Shown in pieces: positions 12,531-25,085 of a DNA stretch of 64,000 nt. Source of the DNA: Cetorhinus maximus (lineage: Eukaryota); assembly GCF_964194155.1 (NCBI RefSeq), contig NC_135884.1:37820001-37884000 (forward strand), given 5' to 3'. A program made the position numbers and the translations under genes. Within the stretch, counting starts at the first letter, position 1. Each line of letters begins with the position of its first letter. Under the pieces are notes generated by a model. That model did not search any database and had not been told where the DNA came from. It worked only from the letters and a program-made list of their open reading frames with translations.

Positions 12531-13747
12531 TCAACCCCTTCTGCCTGATGTCAAACTCTACTTTCTCTTTTGCCCCAGTACTTAGTTTGGAATGATTTCT
12601 ACTCCATCTCTTAGATAGTTAGTGGTATGAGAAATTGTGAGAAAAGTGGTATGAGCACTTGAAACTAGTTAGAATTTTTCAGCAAAGTAGAATGTGTTCT
12701 ATCAGACCTGTGCTCAGAGCTTTAAACTTGGTTCCATTCCAATGCCCTTTTCCAACCTTTTAAAAATGTTTTCTTCAAAGTTATTCTTTAAATTTTAGCC
12801 CTTATAGGTTGAACAGGTGCAATTAGTCGTTGTTCTGATTTAAATCTGCAACCATAATTAGTCTTGGACTACAACCTGAGCTGCGTATAAACAAAGATTG
12901 TTTCATACTATGGATGTTCAATGAGTATGAAAAATTAATTTAATTATATTTTGACTTCCATCAGAAAAGCCCAAAGGAGAAGGCCAACTATAATTAAGCA
13001 CTTATGCCACAGGAGAGTTAACTCGAGCAATAGGAAACTAATCTCCAAATGAGAACAAGATTTCAACCACACCCTAAGGGAAGAAATTACAGTTGAGTTT
13101 GTAATGATTGGATGATGTTTCCTTAAGTGGATTAACAAAGGGGAGAAAACAAAGTGGAATGGATTTACCATATTTCTATTTCAGCTGCATCCAAGCTGAA
13201 ACAGACTTCCAAAACTGATCCAACAGCTCCACAAATTAAAGTGGCATTTTGTTGGTTACATTCCAAATTCCATCTTTTCGCGGAATGGATATTTTGAAAT
13301 TGACTCATTTTGACTAAAATTCTACTGCAATCTAGACCATATTTTCCCTCAGAAAATGTTATAAGTTACTACTTAGTCTTATTGTTGTAGAGATATCCTA
13401 GTGTTTTTAGAGCCTTGATTTGTGCTCTGCAGCAATACAATAAAAAAAACAAGGTGTTTCATTTCATTACTCATAACTTTATTTGACAAGCTTACACAAT
13501 GCTTCTGAGCTAACATTTGTTTGCAGCTGAAGACTATATTGACTAGGCTTTCACCTCCAAAATAAAACGCCCATTTTTATTTTCAGTGTTCAATCTCTTC
13601 AATTTCAAAGTCTGTTTTTTATTTTTGTTTTTCGTGCAGCCTCGTTTTTAATAAAATGTCATTTTCTCCCAATTGAACTGTGCTTCTTCTGCTATAACAT
13701 CAAAACATTAAATAAACCATTTCCAAAATGTGCTCATCAAAGATATT

Positions 13748-13874
13748 GGCCAGGATTTTACGGCCCTGCCATGGCATGTCTCTCCCTCGCGGATGTGGCG
13801 AGCATTTAAATCTCCATTCAGTTTCGCGGGACCGTAATATCCCACCGGGCAAGAGGGGCCGTAAAATCCTGGCC
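13748..13874. mobile_element. 127-bp Harbinger-type MITE
   Basis: Perfect 19-bp TIR ggccaggattttacggccc; ATT TSD on both sides. Confidence 0.9.
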
Positions 13875-15102
13875 ATTGATTCACAAAGAGAATTGAATGT
13901 GGTTTTGCAATGAGACAATGAAACAGCAACTCCAGAGAAACAATATACTTCAAAGAGCTATGGATATGTTTAATGTATATTCTTATTTCTTGAAACTTCA
14001 TGTATTTATGCTACGCAATGTATGACTAAGCATTAAAAAATGAGGAATAACAGTATTTTACCCAGATTTAGAAACTGTTAAGCAAAAGAAAAAATGCAGA
14101 GTTAATTCAATTGATGGGGTGAAAAATGATCATAAGTGCAGCGAGATAAAACAAATACCTGTTAAGTATTTGGATCTGTGACTGATATGTTAATTTGTTG
14201 AGAGATTTGTCCAACAAAGAATGAAAGTATAACCATGGTTGATGTTCCTTCTCCTTTATTGCTGCTTGGAGGGTGACCCAGTTAATGCAAACCTAATCAT
14301 GTTAGTTTTTACTCTCACTCAGACACTGGGGAAAAGGTTTGAATTTGAACCCTGTAATTGGAAGTCTCCTTTCAGTGCTACCACATGGGACTGCATGAAA
14401 AAGCTGGTAAAGATACACGATTGAACTGAATTTTGACTGAAAAATTTTTAGAAAATCAGAAATGTGTTCAGAAACTTGAATTATTTAGAGGGCAAATCCA
14501 CATTTTTTTCCCAATAACCCTTTTCAGCCTCTCCATTCAATGCATATTTGCCTGATCTGTTCAAAGGCTTTCAATAAACTTGTTTGAAAACAGCAAAATG
14601 AAATGTGCAAGGCAATTAAGTGAGAACTGACTCATGCCTATTCACTCTGCAAAAAAAAGGAGGTAATCTGGTCTCCATTTGACAAATATCCACTTTTCAA
14701 GTAGACAAGAAGACTGCAGCCTCCCCAGTTTAATGAGGCATCCCTCAAGCGCCTGTTGGATGCAGTGGAGGCCTGCCGCCATGTCCTCTACACCCGCTCT
14801 GGCCGCAGGAGGGGCAGCAGCATCACCAATCCAGCATGGGAGGCAGTGGCAGCAGTGGTCAGCGCCAATGCCCTACAAAAGAGGACAGCCACAAAATGCC
14901 GAAAAAGGGTGAATGATCTCCAGGGTAAATCACTCTTATCATCACTCTCAACTCACACACTCACAAGCCCATCACACATCCACAGGGATCTCACTCACTG
15001 CCAGTTCAAGGGACATCACCATTCACTTTCTCTCACACACACTTTCACTGTCCTCATCCCGTCCATGGAATCACTCACCACCCACACATGCCAGTCATAC
15101 TT

Positions 15103-15629
15103 ATCACAGAATCACAGTGCAGAAGAGGCCCTTCGGCCCATCGAGTCTGCACCGACACGTGAGAAACGCCTGACCTACCTACCTAATCCCATTTACCAGC
15201 ACTTGGCCCATAGCCTTGAATGTTATGACATGCCAAGTGCTCATCCAGGTACTTTTTAAAGGATGTGAGACAACCCACCTCCACCACCCTCCCAGGCGGT
15301 GCATTCCAGACCGTCACCACCCTCTGGGTAAAAATGTTTTTCCTCACATCCCCCCTAAACCTCCTGCCCCTCATCTTGAACTTATGCCCCCTTGTGACTG
15401 ACCCTTCAACTAAGGGGAACAGCTGCTCCCTATCCACCCTGTCCATGCCCCTCATAATCTTGTACACCTCAATCAGGTCGCCCCTCAGTCTTCTCTGCTC
15501 CAACGAAAACAACCCAAGTCTATCCAACCTCTCTTCATAACTTAACTGTTTCATCCTAGGCAACATCCTGGTGAATCTCCTCTGCACCCCCTCCAGTGCA
15601 ATCACATCCTTCCTATAATGTGGCGACCA
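15103..15629 (-). mobile_element. Young CR1 3' fragment inside Myb intron 1
   Basis: Open frame WSPHYRKDV..QRRFTRM..LRGDLIEVYK..; tail gggcctcttctgcactgtgattctgtg. Confidence 0.92.
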
Positions 15630-16365
15630 TCTGGCCTGACAGGCATCCTGCTTACACTCTCTCACTCTCTATTCATGCAGGGCATGCTGGCACACAACAA
15701 GAGGGAGAGGTTGCAGCCTGGTGGAGGAATGCCTGAAATCAAGGGCCACACGGGCTTTGAAAATAGAGCCATCCAGCTGGCCGGTGAGGATCTGGATCGT
15801 TCCTGTGCTGACAGTGAGGTCGGCGCTGCTCTACCAAGTGAGGATCCAGCAGTCCAACATTTATCAGACAAACATGCTGTGAGTGATGTGTCCTGTTTCA
15901 CATTCCCCTGCCATTCAGTAATTATCTCTCCTTGCTTTTGCAGGCATATCTGGGAAACAGCTGACGGGGTCCACAACCCAGTCCTCGACGCACGCCCCAA
16001 AGAAACCTCTAAAGAGGAATCTGAAAGCACCTTCATTGAAGACCAGCCACATGCCCCACCAGCGCAGAGACACACAACTCAGTAGGACCGAGCTTTAGAG
16101 TAGCCTCAGGATCACAATCTGGTGAGCACATCACACTGTCTGATCCACTGCAGCTAGTGGCAGGGACTTCCCAGGTCTTTGGCACTTGAATGACTGCTGG
16201 AGGCCAGGAATCTGCTGAGTCAGAGTTAGATGACGAGCCTCTGGACTTTCTCATACCTCTGTTGCTGGAGCTGCAAAGCAAGTTCGGGAACATCAGGAAG
16301 GGATGTCCGTTGCACTCCTCACGCTGCAAGGCACAATGCAGTCCATTCACCTTCAGGCTGAGGTG

Positions 16366-16620
16366 CATCAACCTAGGCACCGGAAACGACAATGACAAAG
16401 GCAAACTCAGCCCAGTCGACCCTACGACGTCCTTCTTACTAGCTAGTACCAAAATTGGAAGGGCTGTCTCCCAGACTAATCAAACAACAGCCTGACATTG
16501 TCCTCCTCACGGAATCATATCTTACAGAAAAAGTCCCAGACATCACCATCCTGTCCCACCAGCAGGACAGACCCAGCAAAGGTGGCGGCAACAGTGGTAG
16601 CCCTCAAAATCGACTCCGGC
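16366..16620 (+). mobile_element. Internal APE-endonuclease fragment of a CR1-group LINE
   Basis: RLIKQQPDIVLLTESYL..QDRPSKGGG; no 3' tail; splits Myb exon 3. Confidence 0.7.
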
Positions 16621-17007
16621 AATCGGCAGGCCAACACACTGAGGTCAACACTCATAGGGTGGCAACAGCATGGAGACCTTGGTCCAGGACATCGATCCTG
16701 CACTGCTGCGTTGGCCTCCAACAGTGTCAATGCAAGAGGAATGTGGGGCAGCTCGATCTCACTCCACTACCCTTCTCCTCAAGGAGTCAGCCAGGGGCCC
16801 TCGGGCACCCATAGGGAGGAGGGTCAGCAGGTGCGCACCCCAGGGCCATCCACTCAAGTGACTCTGGGAGTGTCTGGCCCATCCAAATCCCCTCTTTCTG
16901 TGGCCCCATTAGCTCCAGCTTCATGGACCGAGGAGGATGCCACTGCCACAGAACAGGACACTGAAAGCAGGCCAGGGCCCTCCAGGTCTCGGAGCTCCAG
17001 AGGATGC

Positions 17008-17314
17008 CCTCCAGCCCCGATTGCGGGCGGCAATCGGCTTCCCGACCGCCCCCACCCACTCCCGACGAGCCCGCCCGACAAGGGCTAAATTCTGCCCCAT
17101 GGTTCCTTGTTCTGATGAACAGGGTTCTTGTCACTCCGATGTGAAATCTTGGTTCCTGCATCTCAATGTTGCTTGTCATTGCTGCCAGAATGTCATGGGC
17201 AGGCATCACAGAGTTCTGTCATTTTCTCTGAATGTTCTCAGCATCTTTAAGGTGGGGCTGGCACCCATCTCGTCAGTATCTGTGACCAATGAAGCTGTGT
17301 TCCTGAAGGGGTCA
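17008..17314 (+). repeat. 307-bp direct copy of 19051-19357
   Basis: Ungapped alignment with about 17 mismatches (hand count). Confidence 0.95.
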
Positions 17315-17399
17315 TCACAGACAGGGCGTAGAAGCTAGATGTGGATGTCAGGGGAGCACCAAGTCGTAGCATCAGGGTTAGGGAAGTTAAGAATATGTA

Positions 17400-18444
17400 A
17401 CTCTTTTGAGTCAAAACAATAAACTAAATGAGCAAAAAGGAACAAGGGAGAAAACAAGCACAGCCCCTAATTCAGGTCAGCTGTAAAATCAAGGAAAAAC
17501 TTTAAAGGAACCTTACAAACATCAAACTAAGATGTGATTAAAGGGGTCAACAAAACACCCCAGACCCCGCGGTGCCCACCGAGCACGGAAGGCCTCGATG
17601 GTGCCGGCAGACACCGCGTGCTCCCTTTCCAGGGACATCCGGCCGCGAACGTAGCCGCGGAAGAGGGACAAACAATCGGGCGGGACTCCCCCGTCGATCG
17701 CCCGCTGCCTGGACCTGTTGATGGCCAACTTGGCCAGGCCCAGGAGCAGGTTCACGAGGAGGTCCTCCTCCTTCCCGACCCCCTTCCGCACCGGGTGCCC
17801 GTAGATCAGGAGCGTGGGACTGAAGTGCAACCAAAACAGTAACAAAAGATTTTTTAAATAACTAAAAAGGGAGTGCAGCCTAAGACACCCTATATACACG
17901 TGGTCCACGGACTCCACAAGACCGCAAAAAGGGCAGGTGTCTCGGGAGTCCGTGAACCTACACATTTTACGATTATAGGGGACTGCTGCATGCAACACCC
18001 TCCAACCCAGGTCCCCGATAGAAAGAGGGAGAACACCTCCGTAGAGGGCCTCCCATCGGGGGCCTCCGCCGCCGGACGGCAACAAGGCACGCCAGGGCGT
18101 GTCCGGGCGGCGGACCAGGGCGAGAAAATGGAAGGTGTGCAGCAGCAGTCCGTACAGAAAACCCCTCCGCGCCGTGCCAAATGGCACGGAGGGCATGTCC
18201 CCGAGGCGGCTCATATTATTGCGGGGCACCGGCACCCGAGGGAGGGTTCGGGGCTTGGGGACAATGTGGAATTCCGTCCGAACAGGGGAACGTTCAGCCG
18301 GAAGATCACCGCGCACCTGAGCCACCTCCAGACCTAAAATGACTTCGGGTCCGAGCACGACCGTTTTTAGGTCTTGGATGGCATCGGCTGCGACCTGGAC
18401 ACTCACTGACGCGCGACGCGCCAACTCCTGCGGGAGCATCCAGC
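17400..18444 (-). mobile_element. Tx1-clade LINE, 5'-truncated, young
   Basis: Open ORF ending at 17522 with zf-RVT motif WRVLH..CPFC..ESVDHVY..C; CpG-rich; 16-bp TSD aagttaagaatatgta (17384-99, 18445-60). Confidence 0.93.
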
Positions 18445-18546
18445 AAGTTAAGAATATGTAGTTGCACAGCCTGGGCACGGGTGTTAATTACTTGTACATG
18501 ATGTTCACTATTGTAAATAAACTCCCAAGAATGTCCCCCTGCCTAT

Positions 18547-19140
18547 GGGCAAAATTTTTAGCTGGGTGGGCGGGTGAGTGTGTGCCTGACCCGCTCGAGC
18601 GTAAAATGACGTACGTTGACGTCGGGCGAGCATCCCGACATCAACGCGTAGTCACGCAATATTTCATTCAGCGGGCATGCGCCAGAGTCAGCAGTGCGCC
18701 CGCCAACAATTAAAAGACTTGTTAAGCCCATTAACAAGGTTATTAAATTAAATTTTTTGCTGCCTTTCCAGCCTTACGGTTGGCGGGCAGCGCAAAGGCC
18801 AAGCGGCCTTTTTATAAAACCTCAACCATGGGTGGGATGACGTTTCCTGAAGCAAATAAAAATAAAAAATTTAAAACTCAATTAATAACATGTCCCTGCT
18901 CATGTAACAGAGTCACATGAGAGGACACGTTTTATTGCCTTGCTTAATTCGTTTTTTTTTGAAAATGCTTCATCTCCCTGAGGCAGCGTTGAGCGTTGCA
19001 CTTGTGTTTCACACTGGGCGGGCCTTAATTGACCCACTGACGTGAAATCGCCTCCAGCCCCGACTGCGGGTGGCAATCGGCTTCCCGACCGCCCCCACCC
19101 GCCCCTGCCGAGCCCGCCCGACAAGCACTAAATTCTGCCC
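18547..19140. mobile_element. Harbinger-type hairpin-rich MITE, second copy
   Basis: TIR gggcaaaattt / aaattctgccc; flanks TAT/CAT; colinear with 5332-5975. Confidence 0.8.
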
Positions 19141-19661
19141 CATGGCTCCTTGTTCTGATGAACAGTGTTCGTGTCACTCCGATGTGAAATCTTGGTTCCT
19201 GCATCTCAATGTTGCTTGTCATTGCTGCCAGAATGTCATGGGCTGGCGTCACAGAGTTCTGTCATTTTCTCTGAATGCTCTCAGCATCTTTAAAGTGGGG
19301 CTGGCACCCATCTCGTCAGCATCTGTGACCAATGAAGCTGTGCTCCTGAAGGGGTCAGGTGCTGAAGGCTGACAAAGGATCAGGTGCATTTAAAGTTTCA
19401 CGGCTGCGTCTCCATGATATGACACTGATCACAAAGCGCAAGTGCTTGGCCAGACAGGAGTCAACCATTTTCAGGGGCTATGTAAAGATCTATGGAGCGT
19501 TCTCACTGCATGTCGTCATCATCCTCCTGGATTCGAGCGACTATTAGGGCCTCCGCTGCGTCTCCGTGACAGGAGCCTTTTCACAGAAGGTATGTGCGTT
19601 GCCATCAGCCAGACAGGAATCAAACCTTCACAGATGCAATGTGAGGATCTATGGCATCTCC

Positions 19662-19908
19662 TCACTGCAAGTCGTCATCATCCTCCACAAATCTAGCAGC
19701 TATGAGGGCCTCCGGAGCACGCCTGCCTCATCTGGCCAGTGCGATGGTCTCATCGCCTTCAAGGACCTCCTCACTCTTATCCCAGTCGACGTCCACCTCA
19801 TTGGAGGAGACCTCCAACTCCTCCTTGGCCAGCTCCTCTCCCCGCTGCAGCACCAGGTTGTAAAGGCGTAGCAGACAACTGCGATACGTGATACCTTCTG
19901 TGTCATAA
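19662..19908 (-). pseudogene. Harbinger (HARBI1-like) transposase C-terminal fragment
   Basis: QKVSRIAVVC..LYNLVLQRGEE(acidic)..GRRAPEALIAARFVEDDDDLQ*; convergent with the Myb gene; last codons duplicated at ~19430-19575. Confidence 0.75.
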
Positions 19909-20049
19909 AGCCTCCTTCCCAATCATTTCATTCATAAAAGTTAAAAAATTATCTTCCCAACTGTTAGGCTATGTGGTTATTTGTTATAAATTGTCAGGAA
20001 CCTCTTTTCAGATAACCTAATCAGCAACACATTTTTCTGCAACAACCAG

Positions 20050-20667
20050 CTACTTCCATCTCTACCACATCACCCACCTCTGTCCATGCCTTTGTTACCT
20101 TCAGGCTCAACTGCACCAACGATCTCCTGGCAGGCCGCCCATTATGCATCCTCTGTAAACTTCAACTTATCCAAAACTCTGCTGCATCTATCCCATCCTG
20201 CACTAAGATTTGGCCACATATAATCTCTATACTTCCTTTACCTACATTGGCTTCTGACCCCTAATATCTTCAGTTTAAAGTTTGCATTCTCTCTGGTTTA
20301 CTTCCCTTTTCATCCTTTCCTATCTCAGGAATCTCCTCCAGCACTACAACCCCTTTTCCCCAACCCCTAATCTCCTTTCCTCTGACTGTTTTTTTTTTGA
20401 GCATCCCCTTTTCCTTTGCCCGCCATTGGCAGCTGTGCCTTCAGCCATCTAGGTTTCACCCTCTGAAATTCTCTCCCGAAACCCTTCCATCCCACCTTTG
20501 TTTTTTAAGACCCACCTTAAAAACCACAGATTAAGCTCTTGGCCATCCCTTCTAATGTCTCCTTCTTTAGCTTGGCACCTATTTTTGTTCTATTACAGCT
20601 CTGTGAAATGCCTTGGGACATTTATCTAAGTTGAAGGTATGATGTAAATGAAAGTTTTCATTGTTCT
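20050..20667 (+). mobile_element. L2 3' fragment
   Basis: HAFVT.RL..; LQLIQNSAA; L2-type tail ending gtaaatgaaagtt. Confidence 0.8.
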
Positions 20668-23204
20668 GACATGGACTGCATGTCCATGAATGACAGTCAG
20701 GCATCCTTCCACGATTCGTTTACCAATTCTCTGCTCCAAGGTATTTTTAAAAAATCAATATCTACTAAGCTAGGAAATATGAAAACAGACAGTAGTTCAA
20801 AAGCTTCATGCAGGTCAGAAAAGCTTCAACTTTGGACTGTCGAATGAAAAAGACACATAAATATTGGAAGCTGGAACCTATTTTACCAAATAGAAAAGAT
20901 AATATTCCACTGAGGGTGATGATTCAAAATAAAGACTGTTATCTTCATGGACAATTCAATTGTATATTGAGTGCCCTCCAAGTTTCATCACAGCTATTTT
21001 GCATAACACTTGTCATGTATTTTTAACTAGGAGGACCACCATGACTCCTTCTGCACCCTCACTGAAAGGTCACAGTGCAGTCTTCTCACCCGACTGTGAA
21101 CAATATGATTTCAGAATTTGTGACACAAATCAACAAAGTATGAAGCTAAAAAACTAAATGGTGCTAAACCATAAACCTTGTACAGCATTTACTGAAGGAC
21201 TGGAAAATTGAGAAATTGAAGAGAAGAATAAAACTGTTTATTATATTACTGAAAAAGAGGAAAAGTTACTCAGATCCTGTATTCCGCAAACAAGTGATAT
21301 TTTCCTGAAAAGTAGTCGTAGAAAATAAGAGAACAGACAAGTGCTCTGCCTTAAACTGCAATTACTATGGGATAAATAATGTATGATCAAGCAATGTCAA
21401 CTATCTACACATTTAATCAAGTGGACTGTATCAATTATAAAAGAGCAAGGTGGTACCTAATTCATCCCTTACAGATTTTACTAAAATGATATAATGCTCA
21501 TACTGACTTTTTACTAAAGGTTTCAACAGGAAGAATTTTACACTTCAAGACATCGCGTGTCAATGACAGAATCCAGAAATATTCAGTTATGAGCACAGTT
21601 CATTTTGTGAAATCACTTGCTGACTTATGGAAGGAGGCCTTGTGACCATGGAAAAACAAAAGTGTGGTTACTTGGTGCGTACTGCAGCCAGGCACATTTA
21701 CTTCTCAATTATGTGTGCTCTTGCACTGTAATATGCATTAAAAGATAATCTATTGATCTTTTATTACTATTCAATCAATTTAGCATTGTTTTTAGGAGAA
21801 AACTTCAGCAATCTAACATGTAAATATTAACAGTGGGATGAAGGATCTCATCGTTACAAGATAATAATAAGTTACAATAACTAGAAAAAGCACAAAATCT
21901 ATTCTCGTATTTCTTTGAATCCAGCATGGTGTTTTTTTCCCAATCAACTTTATTTAAAAATGTCCCAAATTGGTAGTTTTCTGACTGAATATGGTAATCA
22001 TTGTTATGCATATGATACTTTCCATTATTTCCCTCTCCCATTATCCTCATTGGGCTTTGAAAAACTGAGGATCAGCCAAGGTTGCAGCCAACAGACTAAC
22101 ACCAAGTTTGTGGTAGTTTTGCAGCCCAATGTTACTGCAGGCCTGACTTGGCAGTTTTAAAATAACATTACTTTCTTTTGAGGCGTGCAATTACATAGGA
22201 TATACTACACAAAAACAGGTCATTTAGCCCAACTAGTCAGTGCTGGCATTTATGCTCCACCCTCATCTGGTTCGTTCTTTGAAGAATTTTTGAATGGAAG
22301 TAAGATTGAAATAATTTGAACAAAATGTTTGACAAAAGGATGCCAGATGCTATATTTATGACATTATCTTTGGTGGCCGTTTTGCCTTTTTAAGTTTACA
22401 ACAACAAAAAAGTACAATTTATCTTATAACAAGTGCTTTTTCCCCACCCTTTTCTGACAAGTGCTGAATGAACAAGGTGTTTATTATCAAACTTTTACAT
22501 GCATTCATTTGAAAGAACCTACATTCTAGAATGACTGGTGGCGTGGCTGGTATTCTACTACGTCACAAATGACCCTACAGTTATGTGGTTATTGGATAAA
22601 TTTATCACTTGTTCTCAACTGTTTTCTTGTACAGCCAGCTGTGATAACAATTGTAGTATGTAACTTGCCTTATTGCTTTATAACTGTGCTTAAGTTTACA
22701 ATATTCTGAAATTGGTAGATCACAATATGACCACTTTGTCAATTGTTGAGTGCCATTGTTGGAATACAAATATATGTGTAAATGAAAAAAAGGTGGATGT
22801 GCTTCCTTCAACATTCCTTTTTAGTGACACAAAATTCCTTCATAAAATACAATAAAAACCATGACAATCAGCTCCTTAAAAATATTGCATGGTCACTAAT
22901 TAACTACCATGAAACTGTCAGAAAAAATGATTCTGAAAAGTTCAATAGTATTCAACTGTGATATTACCATTGGAATAAAAGGGGAATTTTTAGTTTTTAC
23001 TGCTCTGTAAAGTAATAAGGTTGCTTTAAAAGGTATTATGATCTGGAATTCCCATGAATTAAATTCTACATAGTGTAGACTCCGATTCAATGACAATTTA
23101 TTAGGAATACTGTGTTTTAAAACCATATCAATGTAGAAGTTTTACAGTGTAATGCTTTTTAAGTGCTTTAAAAAGACACTTCTTCTGACAAATCATTTGG
23201 AATT

Positions 23205-23672
23205 TAATGATGTCACAGCATTAAGGAAGGCCATTCAGCCCATGATGCCTCTGCCAGCTCTTTGGTAAAGTCCCACTCCTCCATATCCCCATAATTTTCT
23301 CCTTCGAGTACTTACCTAATTCTCTTTTGAATGTTACTATTGAATATGTTTCCACCATCCATCTATGCAGTGCATTGCAGATCATAACAATTTGCTAAGT
23401 AACAAATTGTTTCCTTGTATTGCCTCTGAGGCCTTGACATCCTTCCTGAGTTGTGGTGCCCAGAATTGAATACAATATTCCAGCTAAGGCCTAACCAGTG
23501 TTATATAACGGTTGAACATAACTTCTTCACGTTTATACTCTATGCCTGTATTAATAAAGTCAAAAATTCCACATGCTTTTTTGAAAAGCAGCCTTCTCAA
23601 ATTTGTCCTACCACCTTCAAAGATATGTGTACATACACTCCAAGGTCACTTTGTCCCAGCATCCCCTTTAAA
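23205..23672 (-). mobile_element. Old CR1 3' fragment
   Basis: Reverse strand VRP.LEYCIQFWAP relic and CR1 tail. Confidence 0.7.
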
Positions 23673-25085
23673 GAGAGTCTCTGTTAAACAGGTGGAAGGG
23701 GTTATAGCATCTCTTTGAACTGGGTTTGGAGCAGGTAGAAGACTTTTGTGAACTGGTGCACTAGCAATACTAGGAACAAGACAAAGGTTTTTTTTAAAAT
23801 TTGGTCATGGGATCTGGACATTGCTGGCAAGGCCAGCATTTTTTGCAGGTACTATGTTGAGAGGTGTACTGTCAAATATGCCACAGGGCACACTTCATTC
23901 ACACAGTGCCCAGTGGCTTCAAAGGCTTGTTCATTCATTGCCTACTGAGTTAAATTTTAAATAAATGGAGCAAATGTGGCCAAAATCTTGCACCAATTAT
24001 GTATAACTAACATAGCTAAGTACATGTCTGAAAATTAGCCAAAATATTGCTGAATGAGGCAATAATGTACAAGCCAGAGTTGATGGGTAAATTAGCAGTA
24101 GGACATTCCTAAATATAATCATCTATTGCAAAGTGCTTTCAAGATGTTGGTAGTGTGACCAGGATACTAGTAAGGAATTGGGCAAAAAAATCATAAAGCT
24201 GGGGAGAATACAGTGTTTTTGCGTTTCCAGGGTCTGTATTTGCATCCAGCCTAGATTGATGAGCTTAAGTTTCTTTGCCAAGCATAAGAATCTTAAATGA
24301 ATTACATTTGAACAATCTCAATCCATTTCGTCATGCACTCAAATCCACAACCATATGTTGACATTAATTAGTACTAAGTTAGCAGTCTTGCTCAAAGACA
24401 CTATTACAATCGCTTGAGAGAAAATGAATAATTCATAAGCCAGGGTTAATGTGTACTGGTGAGGAAGACCTGCATTATACTTGTCATGGAAATGTGTGGA
24501 AAAGGAACACTTAAAACGCAGCTATACAGTGCGCAATAAGGAAAACAGTTACCAAAAATGCAATCCACCTGCATGAAACAGCAATTAGTGGAGAGGGACT
24601 AAGGAAGCTTGAGCCACAAGAGAAACTGCTCTACACAGATTCGAATAAAACTGGTATATTTATTTGTTGGATTCATAAAAACAAATCGAGAATCATAAAA
24701 ATTGTTGCTACACCATAAAACAATTCTGATAATAGTTAAACACAAACAATCCAGCTATTTATCTGCTTTAGATGCTGATTTCCAGTATTTTTTGTTTTAG
24801 CTAACACTTTCAGTATTGTCAGCGTTCCTACAGTCTGACACTTCTGAATAGAGTTTGCATAAGTTTAAAACTGAAATGTTAATTCAATATCAATACTGGT
24901 TTGAGCTGGTTGCCAGGAGATAAGAATGGCTCAGCACCAAGAGCATCTTTGCAACAAAACATGTGCGACTGAAAACTCATCTAAGTGTCTAAGTTGAGGG
25001 GGTAAGGAATCAAACCTGTTCTCCATCACTCTGTGATATCACAAGTAACTGACCACACCAATACACTTGTGAATACTAATTTTTA

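Larger units (their letters stand above)
14704..17400 (+). pseudogene. Harbinger Myb/SANT-like (NAIF1/MSANTD-like) gene relic, 3 exons
   Basis: Exon 1 to 14924 (LLDAVE..WEAVAAVVSA..RTATKCRKRVNDL|gt); exon 2 15681-15837 (LAHNKRERLQPGGG); exon 3 from 15944; GT-AG introns; AATAAA near 18516; interrupted by insertions. Confidence 0.8.

Noticed and set aside
17522-18478. 318-aa ORF as a host gene
   Set aside because: It is a truncated Tx1 ORF2 C-terminus bounded by a TSD; the start lies in flanking DNA.
17008-19357. LTR pair or giant TSD around the Tx1
   Set aside because: No TG..CA ends, PBS or PPT; the Tx1 has its own 16-bp TSD.
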